Source: Octopus bimaculoides
Taxonomy: Eukaryota
DNA length: 64,000 nucleotides
Assembly (NCBI RefSeq): GCF_001194135.2
Contig: NC_068987.1
Span: 29,954,086 to 30,018,085 of the forward strand
Reading direction: 5' to 3'
A program made the translations under genes and the position numbers. A model generated the notes under the pieces. That model did not search any database and was not told where the DNA came from. It saw nothing but the letters and a program-made list of their open reading frames with translations. This document shows, one piece after another, positions 12,901 to 26,413 of the stretch; the stretch's first letter is position 1; the number at the start of each line of letters is the position of its first letter.

Positions 12901-15900
12901 ATGCCATTGACTGTTCACTGGTACATAAAGCTGTCCCTTAAAAAAGGAGATATAAAAAAACCCCATCAAATTTAGCCCAAACACATTCTATATATAAAAC
13001 GGGTGTGCATATTCATCATCATCATCGTTTAACGTCTGCTTTCCATGCTAGCATGGGTTGGACGATTTGACTGAGGACTGGTGAACCAGATGGCTACACC
13101 AGGCTCCAATCTGATTTGGCAGAGTTTCTACAGCTGGATGCCCTTCCTAATGCCAACCACTCCGAGAGTGTAGTGGGTACATCCTTTATATATCATATTT
13201 TGGGTGGATGTTGTAGTTGATCTTGTTTTCACACTGCTAACCACTCTACTATGAAATAGCTGTACAACTTGTTCCTTGTCAGGTGTGTGTGTGTGTGTGT
13301 GTGTGTATAAAAAAAAGAAGAAAAGCACACCAAAATAATGAGCTTGCAGAAATCCTGTCCATAGTTTAATGACAGTTAACTTTCTGAACCTGATGGGTCT
13401 CATCAGCCATCATCATTTAGCATCTGTTTTCCATTCTGGCATGAGTAAGGCATTTTGACTAGAGCTGGTAAGCTGGACCAGACTACAGTCTGTTTTGGCT
13501 TAGTTTCTATGACTGGATGCCTTTTCTTACACCAACCACTCCACAGAGTTTACTGGATGTCTCTTATGTGTCACCAGAACGGGTGCCTTTTACATGTCAC
13601 AGGCACCTTTCATGTGTCACCAGTACAGGCTATGACTACAATTTCACTTAGCTTGATGTGTTCTCTCAAGCTCAGCAAATTGCCAAAGGCCTCGGTCGCT
13701 TATCATCGCCTCCAAAAATTTTTTATCAAACTTGCTAAAATCAAAGATAAAGCCAAACGCAATGGAATTTGAAGTTAGGACTTAAAGGGATGTAACTAGA
13801 TCCCAAATGTTGTTTCATTTGATGCTCTACCAATTCTGCCACTCATTGACTTGCGTTTTTAACTCCAGATTTAGTAATAAGAGAGCTAAACAGCTGAAAG
13901 TCTTTAGAGGAGCCTCCCCATCCCTTCAGACCTTAACTTCTTCCACTATCTAGGGGCCAGGCCACATCCAGGTCATTTCTTCTGAGTACCTCTGTTGCCA
14001 CATTCTGAACTATAGTCTGCATTGCATTCTTTTTGGACGGTTAAAGTGCTCCAGATCTTGGGGTGCTGTGACCAGTTCAGTGAAAGATACCAGTTGACTG
14101 TTGGCAAATTATGCCTCACCCTTTATAACCAGACAAGATTCTTCATTCATTTCATGGGTTTTGCTTCATAGTTGGCTGCCCTTCCTGTGGGCTAACCCTA
14201 ACAGTCTTTTTTAACTAGGAAGTTCATTCTGTTTGTTTTCAAAAGCACAGAGCTGCCAGTCTGTTTGTTGACAGAGAAATGTTAACAGAATGCACTTTCT
14301 GTAAGTCAGTGGTTTACACACACATGCAATTTGGAAACATTCACGCACACATACATATACACAGACATGTATACACACATATATATAAACACGCACACAC
14401 ACACATATATACACACAAACATGTATAGACACACACACAAAAGTTTTGTACAGGCTTTCAACCACAACATTTTTCCCAAGGTGTGGCACAGTGGGACTAA
14501 ACTCAAGACCACATAGTCGCAAATTGAATTTCTTAATTACACAGCCATGCTTCTACCAATTGAAAGTAAAAGTCTGTTTAAACAAAGAATTGACACCTAG
14601 AACAAATTCATCTTGTGAAGACTTCTTTAAGTCATGGAGAATTTAAAAGGCAACTCCATATTCTGATATGAAGAAACATGTTTGTTATATAATAAGATAT
14701 TAAATTTATCTTTAATTTTAGTTTTTTTTTTAAAGTAATAACATTGAAGCATTACCTCAATTTAGCCAAGGTCAGCTTTCTTGCATACTTCTGGAGGATC
14801 ATAAATAGTAGTACCATTCTAGACTGGTTGACTGGTGGAATTGTTGGAGCACCAGGTGGAATGCCTTGTGATACTTATTCCAGTTTGTGTTCTTAGCACA
14901 AACTCTACCAGTCTCCTACTTGGAGGTAGGTTTAACACCACTACCTGGTCTTTGGTCGCCTTTTAGTAGTGTTCACTCTTAAATGCTAGCATCCAGGCCA
15001 AGTCTCCGTTTCAAGGATTCCCTCCTTCCTCTCTCCCTCTCTGCCACAAATCTTAGAAGCCATGAAAAGGGTCGTAAGTACAGCCCTTTGAAATGACTGT
15101 AAGACAAAAAGAAAACCCAAATATTTTTGACAAGCTATGAGATGTTGATGCTTTGACATATTTTGCATGATTGATGTTGTGTGTGTATGGTGGGGGAGAA
15201 TTATGAGAATTGTCATTAATCTCTGGTGTAATTCCGAATCAATCAGATTTATGATCAAAGGTATTTCAACCTTGGCCATCCTATCTTTTACTGTTTCTTG
15301 GACCACATTATACACCATGCCAGTCCTTGTTTAACCCTTTTGATGTCAACCCACCTGGAACTTTGCCTGGTTCTAAGATACAATCTCCCTGTTATGAAGT
15401 GATCCTCACTAAAACCTTCCATCAAAATTTCAATTTTTGTTCCAAGTATCATCTTCATAATGACAAGATTATTTTAATAAATTCATGTGTAATAGACTGT
15501 GTATTTCAACAGGAATATCGTAATGAAAGGATTAAAATGGTAGAGTATAATTTGAATGAAATTTGCCTGTTCATTGTAGTAAATCAAGTTATTATTACTT
15601 AGAACAGCAATTTTCATCCTTTAATACTCTGGGTTCAGTCCCACTGTGTGGCACCTTGAGCAAGTGTCTTCTCTAAGTTAATAATTAACTCGGACAAAAT
15701 AAATTGGTTAATAGATACCAGGGTAGCAAAGATCACAAAATGACTGTGGTGTAACTCTTGTTTATGAGGTAGAAACTCCTTGTTATTTTGGGTACTTGAG
15801 TAAATATATAAATTTAGTAAATGGAGTAAAACGCATGTTAAATGAATTCTTATATGTTAAATGAATTCATTTAACATGCATGTGTCTGTGTTTGTCCCCC

Positions 15901-16695
15901 ATCACTGGTGTTGGTTTGTTTATGTCCCCATAACTTAGCAGTTCAGCAAAAGACACCAATAGAATAAGTACCAGGCTTAGCAAAAAAATTAAGTATTAGG
16001 GTTAGTTCATTCAACTAATAATTCTTCAGGGTGGTGCCCCATCGTGGCCGCAGCCTAATGACTGAGACAAGTAAAAGATGATTCATGGAGGTGTGGCAAA
16101 TTTGAAGAATATGGAATCAAAGGCAGCAAATTGGCAGGGTAACAACATAAGACATTAGTTTGTGTATTTGCTCCAGTTCACTGCACTTTGAGTTCAGATC
16201 ATGCCACAATCATCTTTGACTTTTGTCCCTTCAGGGTCAACAAAATAAATTAACAATCCAAAGCAGTGGATGACTGGAATTGTTTGCTCATTAGGTGATA
16301 TACCTTGTGGTAATTGTTCCATTTGTTTGTGTTCTTAATTCTTGGGTGGTAGACATAATCCCTCACCCAGTTTAACAATAGCACCACCTGGTACTTGGTT
16401 GCCTTTAGTGCACCAAACTCTTTTAAGCATTCAGAGATATTATCATCATTATCATTTCAATATCCACTTTACCATGCTTGCATGGATTGGGCAGAGCTTA
16501 CTGAGGCACATTTCCTATAGCCGGAAGCCCTCCCAGACACCAACCCTTATCTGCTTCCAAGTAAGGTAATATCTGCCCTCTAGCCAAACATGTTCTTGCT
16601 GAATACTGCAAATGAATGACTATGCATGATTGACTGTGAGAACCATTCACAATTATGACAGTGTCAAGACAAGGAGAGAGAGAGACACGCACGCA

Positions 16696-16728
<33 letters not shown>

Positions 16729-17137
16729 NNNNNNNNNNGCACGCAGACACACACACACACACACACACACACGATGGGCTTCTTCCAGTTCCCGTTTATC
16801 AAATCCACTCGCAAGGCATTGATTTGGCTGGCCCAAGGCTATAGCAGAAGACACTTGCCCATAGTGCCATGCAATATAACTGATGTGGCTTGGAAACAAA
16901 CTTCTTACCATACAACCATATCTGTATGGTCTCCGTTTTGAACATAACTATCCTCCTTCCTTTCCACCCCAACACCCCTATCTTGTAAGGATTTGAAGAA
17001 AAATGGTAATTTGATGCCATATTTTTATTCTTGATTAAATAGTAAAAGAAAAATAAATAAACTGACACCTGCATGTTCAGTAAGCAGTTGATTGTGTGGA
17101 AAAACAACTCAAAGAACCTCCATACGGTTGATCAATT

Positions 17138-17518
17138 GTTGGCACTCTGTTGCTTACGACGTCGAGGGTTCCAGTTGATCCAATCAATGGAACAGCCTGC
17201 TCGTGAAATTAACGTGCAAGTGGCTGAGCACTCCACAGACACGTGTGCCCTTAACGTAGTTCTCGGGGATATTCAGCATGACACAGTGTGACAAGGCTGG
17301 CCCTTTGAATTACAGGAACAACAGAAACAGGAAGTAAGAGTGAGAGAAAGTTGTGGTGAAAGAGTACAGCAGGGTTCACCACCATCCCCTGCTGGAGCTT
17401 CATGGAGCTTTAGGTGTTTTCGCTCAATAAACACTCAGAACGCACGGTGTGGGAATCGAAACCGCGATCCTATGACCACAAGTCCACTGCCCTAACCACT
17501 GGGCCATTGCGCCTCCAC
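17138..17518 (-). mobile_element. SINE family C (tRNA-Arg-like head, (AAC)n tail)
   Basis: Head ggcgcaatggcccagtggttagggcag...ggtttcgattccc; flanking cggtt(g/a)atcaat duplication. Confidence 0.9.
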
Positions 17519-19111
17519 GGTTAATCAATATACTGGAAGTAACAGCCAAATCTTATTTAGTGTTGTAGTAATAAGACTGGATGGTCATGGCTGAAATGCC
17601 TTTAATTGTAGGTCTGCCTATTGTGAGCAGACTTAAAATAAAACAATAACAATAACATGTTTGTTGTAATGTATATGTTTTATATATAACATATATGTAT
17701 GTATTTATTTTAAATAAATAGCAAAAATATATAACAAACTGAACTGTTGGAGGGTGTGTCGACTTTGTTATGCATAAGCATGATTATTGTATAAAGCTTA
17801 ACCACCTTAATTCATGAATAAATGATTGACATTCATGTATGTTTTTGTGAAGCAGGCTCTTAGGATTTAATACTTTGCCACCTTCTGAGTGTGTGAGTAT
17901 GTGTGTGTGTGTGTGTTAATTAATGTTTTCATGTCAAGTTATAATAAAAGCAATTTAGCATATCAAAACTTCAAATTGTTACCTCTCTTCTTATGCACAC
18001 ACACACACACACACACACGCACACATATAACTCCAAATGTGGAAAGTAAACTTCAAATTGAAAGGTCTCAGTAGATTTAGCACAAATTATGATGTTAATA
18101 AGCTGGAAATAACACAGGATTTTGATAGCTTCAGGCAAATGGCTGTTCTCGGTATGAGGAAGAGGTGTAGGTATGAGCTTCAACTGCTGTGCCCAATGTA
18201 AGCTATGGACGCATGAGAGGTGTAGTGGAATCAGAGGCAGACTATGAGAGAATGTAAGATTCATATGTGATAGATGCAGTGGAGCAATACTGGAAGACCT
18301 GTCAAACCAAGTGAAATTGTATTCGTCGCTGATGCTGATGTTGCATAACTGGCATCTGTGCCAGTGGCACATAAAAAAAAACACCCACTACACTCTTGGA
18401 TTGGTTGGCATCAGGAAGGGCATCCAGTCGTTGAAACCATGCCAAATCAGATTGGAGCCTAGTGCGGTACCCCAGTTTGCCAGTCAAACTGTTCAACCCA
18501 TGCCAGCATGGAAAATGGATGTTAAATGATGATGATGCAGAAGTTAGATTCAACAATGGCACAAATGCATTATTTGTGATGAAGACTGTTGAGTATTACC
18601 TTTGTATAGACTTAGGGTTACTCTATAAACATGGGCAATTCAAACAACTTGTATCAGTTAATAAAAAAAAAGTTAAGCCCACTTTTGAATTACTTTCTGT
18701 CCAACCCTCACACAAGCCATCTGTTGGGTTTCCACTCAGTTACTGTCTTACAAAGTTTTGGTCAACTTGAGTCTATAAGAGACACTGGCTTGAAATACCA
18801 CAAAGTGGAATTGAACTTAAAATTGTGTTTGGGTAAGAATCCTCTTAACCACATAACCAAGACTGTACTTAATACTGTAATATTTGTATTGTAAATTTGT
18901 GTTTGTTTGTATTTTTGTTGTTGTTATGATCTGTATCCCTTGCTCTTGTCTGCTGTGGATGTTTTGACGAGTAACGTAACATTCGTTTATGTGGGTTTGT
19001 CTCTTATGTAAATTGCCAAACCAACCCCTTCCCACCATGTGTTAAGAATTAGAACATTTAGGAAGGATAATGAGCCCTTTGTGTATTGTGTCACTTCTTT
19101 ATGTTGTGCAG

Positions 19112-19198
19112 GTCTGACTGAAAAACATGCAGGAAAACAAATGCTGATGAGTGCACACCACTTTGATATTTCATTAGGAGCACTGGCTGGGGCCAAGA
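19112..19198 (+). CDS. Probable symmetric phase-1 exon (G)LTEKHAGKQMLMSAHHFDISLGALAGAK
   Basis: Acceptor ctttatgttgtgcag, strong donor AAG A|gtaagt, 87 nt open. Confidence 0.6.
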
Positions 19199-19395
19199 GT
19201 AAGTAACAACACAAGACATACACATCTACATACACACACACACACACACATAGTGACCCCCCCACACACACACACATACACATACATGCATATAACTATA
19301 GACTATTGAGGTTTGTTTCCATTTATTTATTTTTTATTTATTTATTAATTTTTTTAACCCGTGTCACAGTCCTGATCATAGTTGATATTTTAAAT

Positions 19396-19908
19396 CAGGG
19401 GTTCTCAACCATTTTTTATCCATAACCCCTTTGATTACTATTTTATTCTGGTGGACCCCATAGCCATTCGATGTCTTAGATAATATATATTTATAAGTAA
19501 CATAACTTTTACTTGCTTTAGTCATTGGAATGCAGACATAGTAGGGAACTAACTTAAGGTTTAGTTCAGGGGTTCTCGACCATTTTCTTTATATCTATGG
19601 ACCCCTGTGGTGGATCGCTATAGCCATTCTATGTTTAAAAACTAGTTTCATAGAAACTTCTTTCAAAATTCCTATTTTGCTTTTCACACATTAACTTGTG
19701 TAGGTTGGACTATGTCAAATGTTAGAGAAAGAAACCTAGCTGTTACTTGCAATACCTACCAATCCATATATCTGAAGCAAAATCTTTTCAGGGGCCCTTA
19801 AAATACTATTATGGATCCCCAACCCCAATTTACTATTCCATTGCATGGACCTCCAAAAATCTTATACAGCGCCTCAGGTGCCATATAGACCCCAGTTGAA
19901 AATCACTG
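19396..19908 (+). mobile_element. hAT-type MITE with internally duplicated 5' end
   Basis: TIR CAGGGGTTCTCAAC / GTTGAAAATCACTG (11/14); 8-bp TSD ttttaaat / ctttaaat; second CAGGGGTTCTC at 19567. Confidence 0.75.
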
Positions 19909-20802
19909 CTTTAAATGTTAAAGTTATTTTAAGAATAAGAACAGAACATTTATTGATTGGGTGACTGACTCAATACTGAAAAGTAGAGTCAAATTTATTG
20001 TAAAGTTCCAGTTAAATGGGATTTTGAGTTTCACCTGTCAGCTTAGACAACCAGATAATATTATAAATGGGAATCTCTCTCTTTCTCTCTCCCAATTTAA
20101 TTTAATTTTTCAACAAATCACAATGATCTTGGGACCAATGTGTTCTGCTCTGGTTTATTTGTAATAAAACAAAGCAAGATTATCTCTCTCATGGTCAAGA
20201 TGTTGTATGATGCTTTTTGTAAACAATAGTGCTATTGGTTACTGATTTTCAATGGGCTGATTAGCAGTGCACCAAAATTTTGACAAAAAGAGGGACAAAG
20301 TACTGCCTGTGCAATTCAGGCAGAACAAATACCACAAGGTATTTATATTTGAAATCACTAGTTGCTTCAGTTTACCTGCCCGTGTCTACTTTTAGTGACG
20401 TACATGACTGAAGGACATGTACACATGCCCATATGCAGGCAATGGACCTCTTCACAGTTTCTGTCTATCTAGTTCCACCCAAAAGGCCAACTCAAAGGTT
20501 ATGGTAGATGACATTTACCCATGGTGTTGTGCAGTGAGATTGAACACTGAACCATGAGTTTGTAAAGCAAACTTCTTAAACCCACATCCATGTTATTTTT
20601 AAGTAACTTTCCAAGAAAAAATAAGCATACTTATTACCTACCTACATAGATCAGAAGAGTTGAATGAGACAATGTGAAATTAAGCTTCTTCTCTAGAAAG
20701 TAACTAAATGCTTGTTGTGGATTTGAACCTATGGTACACAGGCTTACAATCTTTTACCTTGCCCACTCAATGAGTTTACCTTTGTAATTTCCTTTTCTTT
20801 AG

Positions 20803-20840
20803 ATGAAATTAAGAATTATCTAGACTATCAGGACATTTAG
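20803..20840 (+). CDS. Candidate (alternative terminal) exon (N)EIKNYLDYQDI* followed by a second stop
   Basis: Strong acceptor tttccttttctttag; only the phase-1 frame gives more than a few codons; ends TAG TAA. Confidence 0.35.
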
Positions 20841-20984
20841 TAATTCAGTTCAACAACAACAAAACAAAACTTGCCAAAATTAACCAGCGTTTGTGATGTT
20901 TTAAATTCTACTAACTGGGTGGTATTTTAAATTATACTAATTACTATCATCATTGTCATCATCATCATCATCATCATCATCTGC

Positions 20985-21660
20985 ATACCAGGTACCTTTG
21001 ACAGAATCAGCTTTGAGAACCTGATCATGAGAATGTAGGAAGTCCCATGTATGATCAAATTTAAGCTCCTCTATTATGGCCTGGAGATCTTACACAGAGA
21101 GGCGCTGAGAATCAAACCCTGTTGGACACCTACCTGCAGATTAAATTCCTCAGTGAACTCATTGCTAACTCTCACCTGTGACTCTTACAAATCTTTTAAC
21201 TACATTTAGTTTTGTTAGCAACCACCAGATTCTAGAGCTTGGTACCCTGTCAAAGCCTTCTCTAAATGAATAAATGCTAGCTTCAGTGGCTTGTTCTCTT
21301 GTAGTTACCCCACTAAGAAGAGATCATCTGTAGTACCTCATTCTGACACAATCCCAAAGAGGATTTCATCTAATTCAATTCTTTTCCTAATCAATTCTGC
21401 TCTAACACTTTCTATTACTTTCATCAACTTGGTTCATCCACTTGATGCCTCTATGGATGCTTCTTTCTACAACCTTTTGTTTTTTCTTGTAGCAATTAAT
21501 GATACTGTTATGCCAATCATTGAGTATGACACCTTCCTATACCACCTGATGGAATACATATTCAATTGTGCATACTCTAATTTTGTAGATATTTTCATCA
21601 TTTCAGCGACTATCCCTCATGGTCCAGCTGCCTCCCCTGCACTCTTATCCTTAATCATGC
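20985..21660 (-). mobile_element. Decayed RTE-clade LINE reverse transcriptase fragment
   Basis: AGP*GIVAEMMK, LKLAFIHLEKAFDRVPSSRIW and QVGVQQG motifs with many stops. Confidence 0.8.
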
Positions 21661-21685
21661 TTTTGACCATTTCAGTTACTCTATT

Positions 21686-21880
21686 TTTACTTGTTTCAGT
21701 CATCTGACTGCGGCCATGCTGGAGCATCACCTTTAGTCGAGAAAATCGACCCCAGGACTTATTCTTTGTAAGCCTAGTACTTATTCTATCGGTCTCTTTT
21801 GCCAAACCGCTAAGTTACAGGGGCGTAAACACCAGCATTGCTTGTCAAGTGATGGTGGGGGGACAAACACAGACACAAAA

Positions 21881-21914
<34 letters not shown>

Positions 21915-22082
21915 CTACATATATACGACGGGCTTCTTTCAGTTTCCATCTCCCAAATCTATTCACAAGGCTTTGGTCGGCCCGAGGTTATAGTAGAAGA
22001 CACTTGCCCAAGGTGCCACGCAGTGGGACTGAACCCGTAACCATGTGGTTAGTAAGCAAGCTACTTACCACACAGCCACTCC
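21686..22082 (-). mobile_element. SINE family A (tRNA-like head, CORE-like ggcaccttgggcaagtg segment, internal microsatellite), full length
   Basis: Box-B-like ggttcagtccc head; near-identical copies elsewhere; resembles the octopus OR-type SINEs as recalled. Confidence 0.9.
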
Positions 22083-23008
22083 TGTCAATTTCTGTAGCTA
22101 TTCCTACTAATTTCTTTATTTCAAGTAGCCCTTCCTTCTCTCCCAAGTATTCTCTTATCATCATCATCATCATCATCATCATACGTCCATTTTCCATGAT
22201 GGCATGGATTAGATGGTTTGACCGGAGCTGGAGACTGTACCAAGCTCCGGTCTGTTTTGGTTTGGTTTCTGTGGCTGGATACACAACAACTTCTTGTAAT
22301 AGCATGTTCATGTGTGTACTGCTATCATTCCGTACACACTTTTCCTCAACAACATCATCATCATCATCATCGTTTAACATCTGCTTTCCATGCTAGCATG
22401 GGTTGGACGATTTGACTGAGGACTGGTGAAACCGGATGGCAACACCAGGCTCCAATCTGATTTGGCAGAGTTTCTACAGCTGGATGCCCTTCTTAACGCC
22501 AACCACTCAGAGAGTGTAGTGGGTGCTTTTACGTGTCACCCGCACGAAGGCCAGTCAGGCAGTACTGGCAACGGCCATGCTCAAAATGGTGCATTTTATG
22601 TGCCACCTGCACAAGAGCCAGTCCAGGGGCACTAATAGTTTAATTTGCACTGACACCATACTTTGCAGCCCAGAATACCTCATTTCACTGATTCCCTGTC
22701 AATGAACATTACCAAACTTCATACTTTCAGCTTTCCTTCATGCTGCTTGTACCTGACGTCTAGCTTCTCTTTTCCTACCATCTTCCAAGTCTTTCCTGAG
22801 CTATCTCTTAGCTTCTATGACTCTAGCTACTGTGTCATTCACCCTACCATCATGTTAACCTTGTTTCATTCTCAGATCTTGTCTGTAACTTGCAGCATTT
22901 TATCCTGTAAAAAATGTGAATTGTTCTGACTCCTCCTCCTTTTGGATGTATTTGTCACCTAGGACTTCTTTCAGTCTACATCTGCAGAGAAATCTTTCAG
23001 CTTACATA

Positions 23009-23872
23009 TGAGATGGTATCAAAAGGTTCCTGAACTAGTTATATTTAATAAAAAGTAGCTTTAACATCATCTTCTTCGAAATAGTCAACTTGTGCAGCAC
23101 TACACCGGTCCCAGCATTCCTGCCACTTTTTGAACCCAGCCTGAAAGTTGTTTTCTGTAAGTCAATTGAGGACCTTCTGTCATTCACTCTGGATCTCGAC
23201 AATGGTGTTAAAACAGCAACCTTTGAGCTGCATTTGCATCAAGGGGAAGGGATGTGAGTCTACAAGTGAATAGGGCAGGTGCAGAAGCAATACCATGTTG
23301 TTTTCGGCAAGAAACTCATGAGTGAGGAGAGCTTATTGAAGAATCCAGTTCTTTGCATTCCACAGATATGGTTGCTTTCGCTGAATATTCTCCCTCAAGC
23401 ACTTCAAAATGTCACAGTAGAACTCTTGATTGATGGTCTGGCCTGGTAGGGGTACAAGTTCTCGATGCATGATACCACTTTTTGGGGGTGATGCTTTTGG
23501 TAGGTCTTCCTGATAGTTCATCGCCTTTCAGGGATTTTCTTCTGCTTTTGAAGCATCTGTGCCACTCGAAACATTATGTATGACCCATTGCCTCATCACC
23601 ATAAGCTTGCCAAAGCATGCTCAATGTCTCTGTAGCAGACTTCCCAAGTCTAATGCAAAATTTCACATTGGCTCTTTGTTCCTGCCCAAGACAAAATTGC
23701 AGACTACAGTCTACATTTGATCACAAAAACACAAATTTAAGTAAACACAGCAATGTCACTTGGCACACTGCCTCATGAAGATCACTGCTATTTCTCACTG
23801 TGCACACAACCGTGTGCTGCCATTTGTTGGTGCGCTACAGAACTAGTCCAGGAACTTTTTGATACCATCTTG
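23009..23872 (-). mobile_element. Internally deleted mariner element with 32-bp TIRs and TA target duplication
   Basis: TIRs 23009-23040 and 23841-23872 match at 28/32; TA on both flanks; ORF remnant GQTINQEFYCDILKCLRENIQRKQPYLW. Confidence 0.9.
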
Positions 23873-24649
23873 TACATTCCTTCTCCAGATCATTCTAAGT
23901 CTGTAAATCTGATTAACTCTTATCCTACAGTAGCCGACTACTAGTCTATGTTGAGTGGTACACTTCACAGGGGGAACTGACTTGGTATTCACAAACAGTT
24001 GCTTATCCCATTTCCTGATGAGTATAAGTCTATTTCACATGTGTGTGTTCATGATTGGCAAGTAATCAAAGTTCCTTAATGATGGTTTTGCAAATGGTTG
24101 TCATTTGCTCCACCAAACTCAAGAGCCTAGATGATATTTTAAAATAATCAGATTATACTAAATTGCATGAAATAAAATATATTAACTGTGTGATTTTATA
24201 AATTATGTTAATGGAGTGATATTTCAAATTATTCTAACCTAAGCAAAAAATATTTTCTGCTAAAATACCTCAATTCTTCATAAGATGAACAGATAAAAAA
24301 TAAATTCCCATTAGCTAACTGCTAATAGCTTGAGTTTATTTATATTAACATTAACTGCTATATTTTCATAATTGATGCTAACAGCTATACTGTATTGTTC
24401 CCAGTCATTGAAGTAATGTTAACCAGCATGGATATTGTTCCTGGTGATGCCACCTGTTGTATAGCATATATGTTTTTTCCTTGCTTACATGTCTGTTTGT
24501 TGTCTGTTATTCTCTGTCAGCTTGATACCCTATATGTTTGTCTGTCTGTCTCTGACTTATCGGATCTGTCTTACAAATTCTGTCTTGTTTCTATTTATCT
24601 ATAACTCCCATTGCCTTTCAACTTTCTAACTCTTCTTCTTCATCTTTAC

Positions 24650-24865
24650 CCCTTTAGCATTCAGGTTACTCTGTCAAATGTAATTCTTATTTATTCACAT
24701 TGTTTGGAATTAATCATGCATTATCTCATAGCTCATGAGATTTTGATGATGTAATTGTTTATTTTTTATAATGTCATTATAGAGTGGATATAAGAGGTTG
24801 GGTTAAATACAAAATAGGTAGAATTTTTACATCTGATGTAGCCAGCCAGTTTAAATGCTAATGAG
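24650..24865 (-). mobile_element. piggyBac-type MITE, third copy, opposite orientation
   Basis: ccctttagcattcaggttactctgtcaaatg is the reverse complement of the family right end. Confidence 0.7.
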
Positions 24866-25039
24866 TTCGTCTAAACTGTTTCCATACTGTTGTTTCTCTA
24901 ATCCTCTCCAATTGTCTTTAACATTAACACTTTCCAGAGAATATTTCTAACCAAGAATAAATTCTTAATTTAAATGAATTTGGAGGACAAGGAATATGTG
25001 GAAGGGGAAGGTAGAGACTTATTTATTTTGCTTTGTCAG

Positions 25040-25172
25040 GAGGAAGGGCAGTGCTTATGAACCGTTTCAGGTTCTCCAAGACTACTGGGAGAAATTTATT
25101 CCCAAATTGGAAACTTGGCTCAAATGCTTATAACAGAATGGAAAACTCTACAAATGCGCAACCAAAGGCCTT
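25040..25172 (+). CDS. Candidate exon RKGSAYEPFQVLQDYWEKFIPKLETWLKCL*QNGKLYKCATKGL with in-frame TAA at 25131-25133
   Basis: Acceptor atttattttgctttgtcag, donor CTT|gtaatt; this frame joins the downstream transmembrane exons. Confidence 0.45.
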
Positions 25173-25723
25173 GTAATTGTGTTAACCGGATGATGGTTCA
25201 AGCTGGTGTTTGAAATGCAGTTAAATAAAAGTCTAATGTTTGTCTATTGGCAGTGTCATAATTTATTATAATAAGAGTCTATAAGTGATGAACCAGTCAT
25301 GGGCAAACTGTAACCTTCAAGACTTTCTGAATGACATGCCAATGAAAAATTACCTTGAATTTCTTTTTTTTTTTTTGAGGCGGAGGATGATGATGCCTGA
25401 TAATGAGCCATGTCTCATTTGGCCTGCTTCTTAAAAAAAGATTGCCCATGCCTGTTGTATGTAGTCATTCAACTATCAGCATATGTTGCAAGGCCTAAGA
25501 GCAGCATTCTGTTCCAGTACGGTTTCTATTGGATACTTTTCCTAACAATAATCACTTCACACACACTGATTGTTTTTCTTCCTTGTCCAATATACTTCAC
25601 TGAGGAGATATAATAAATCCAAAACATGTCCGTTCTTTAAGTTAGCACTTTTAGATTGAATGATTCAATGATTCAAAAACTTCCACTTGAATCACTACTT
25701 AGTTTCTCATCTTCATTCCTTAG

Positions 25724-25757
25724 GCAAGGATATCAGCTGGCATTGAAGACAACCTGG
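25724..25757 (+). CDS. Probable small exon ARISAGIEDNL (phase 0 to 1)
   Basis: Acceptor tctcatcttcattccttag, donor CTG G|gtggga; gives the phase needed by the next exon. Confidence 0.5.
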
Positions 25758-25868
25758 GTGGGATCTCTTGATTACAAATGGGTTAGTGACTCAGAAAGGG
25801 GAGAGGGAAATCTGGTAAGAGAATGGATGTCGTAATTATTTATAATTTTGTTTCTCTTTCTTTCATAG

Positions 25869-26026
25869 TGGCCGACAATAATTTCTGGGAGAAGAATCCT
25901 CACCGTTTTTTCAACAAAAAGAATGAATCTTTCGAACCATTAAGTATGGTAATGTTTTACAGTTGGATAGCTTTGGCTACACTGGCAGTCCTTGGAGTAC
26001 TCACACTGTTCCGGCACAGGCACCGG
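25869..26026 (+). CDS. Coding exon with transmembrane helix: (V)ADNNFWEKNPHRFFNKKNESFEPLSMVMFYSWIALATLAVLGVLTLFRHRHR
   Basis: Acceptor ttttgtttctctttctttcatag, donor CGG|gtaaga; hydrophobic run of about 22 aa followed by basic stop-transfer RHRHR. Confidence 0.8.
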
Positions 26027-26413
26027 GTAAGAATCTATGTTGTTATTCCTGATATTGCTGTCCATTCAACACATATAACTATGTATCTTTATCATTGCAC
26101 AATCTTCATAGATAAGTGTTGGTGACACTGGAAGCAACATTTAATTCGTAACATAGTTCCATAAAAAATATTTCGTAAGAGGAAGATAAAGGGGAAATTG
26201 AACACGCATCAGTGTGTGCATGTACATACAGTCACAGATGTGACTGTGTGATTAAGAAACTTGCTTCCCAACCATGTGTTCAGTCCCATATTACAGAACC
26301 TTGGGTAAGTGTTTTCTTTTATAGCACCAGGTCAGCCAATACCTTTGCAAATGTACAAAAGGTATTGGTAAGAATTATACTTAGTAAGCCCAAATGTTTT
26401 AATGTCCAATTTT

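Noticed and set aside
15065-15110. Hammerhead-like remnant CCAUGA-AAAGGG/CCCUUU-GAAA...GUAAGAC
   Set aside because: Core has a deletion and no stem I partner; at most a dead relic
15854-15877. 24-bp perfect palindrome
   Set aside because: Short and AT-rich, next to a local direct duplication; most simply a slippage product
17138-17518. tRNA genes at SINE heads
   Set aside because: Heads run into SINE bodies with TSDs and lack a full cloverleaf; only 44352-44424 is a real tRNA
24405-24460. Candidate exon IEVMLTSMDIVP
   Set aside because: Acceptor plausible but no convincing donor or phase link; left uncalled
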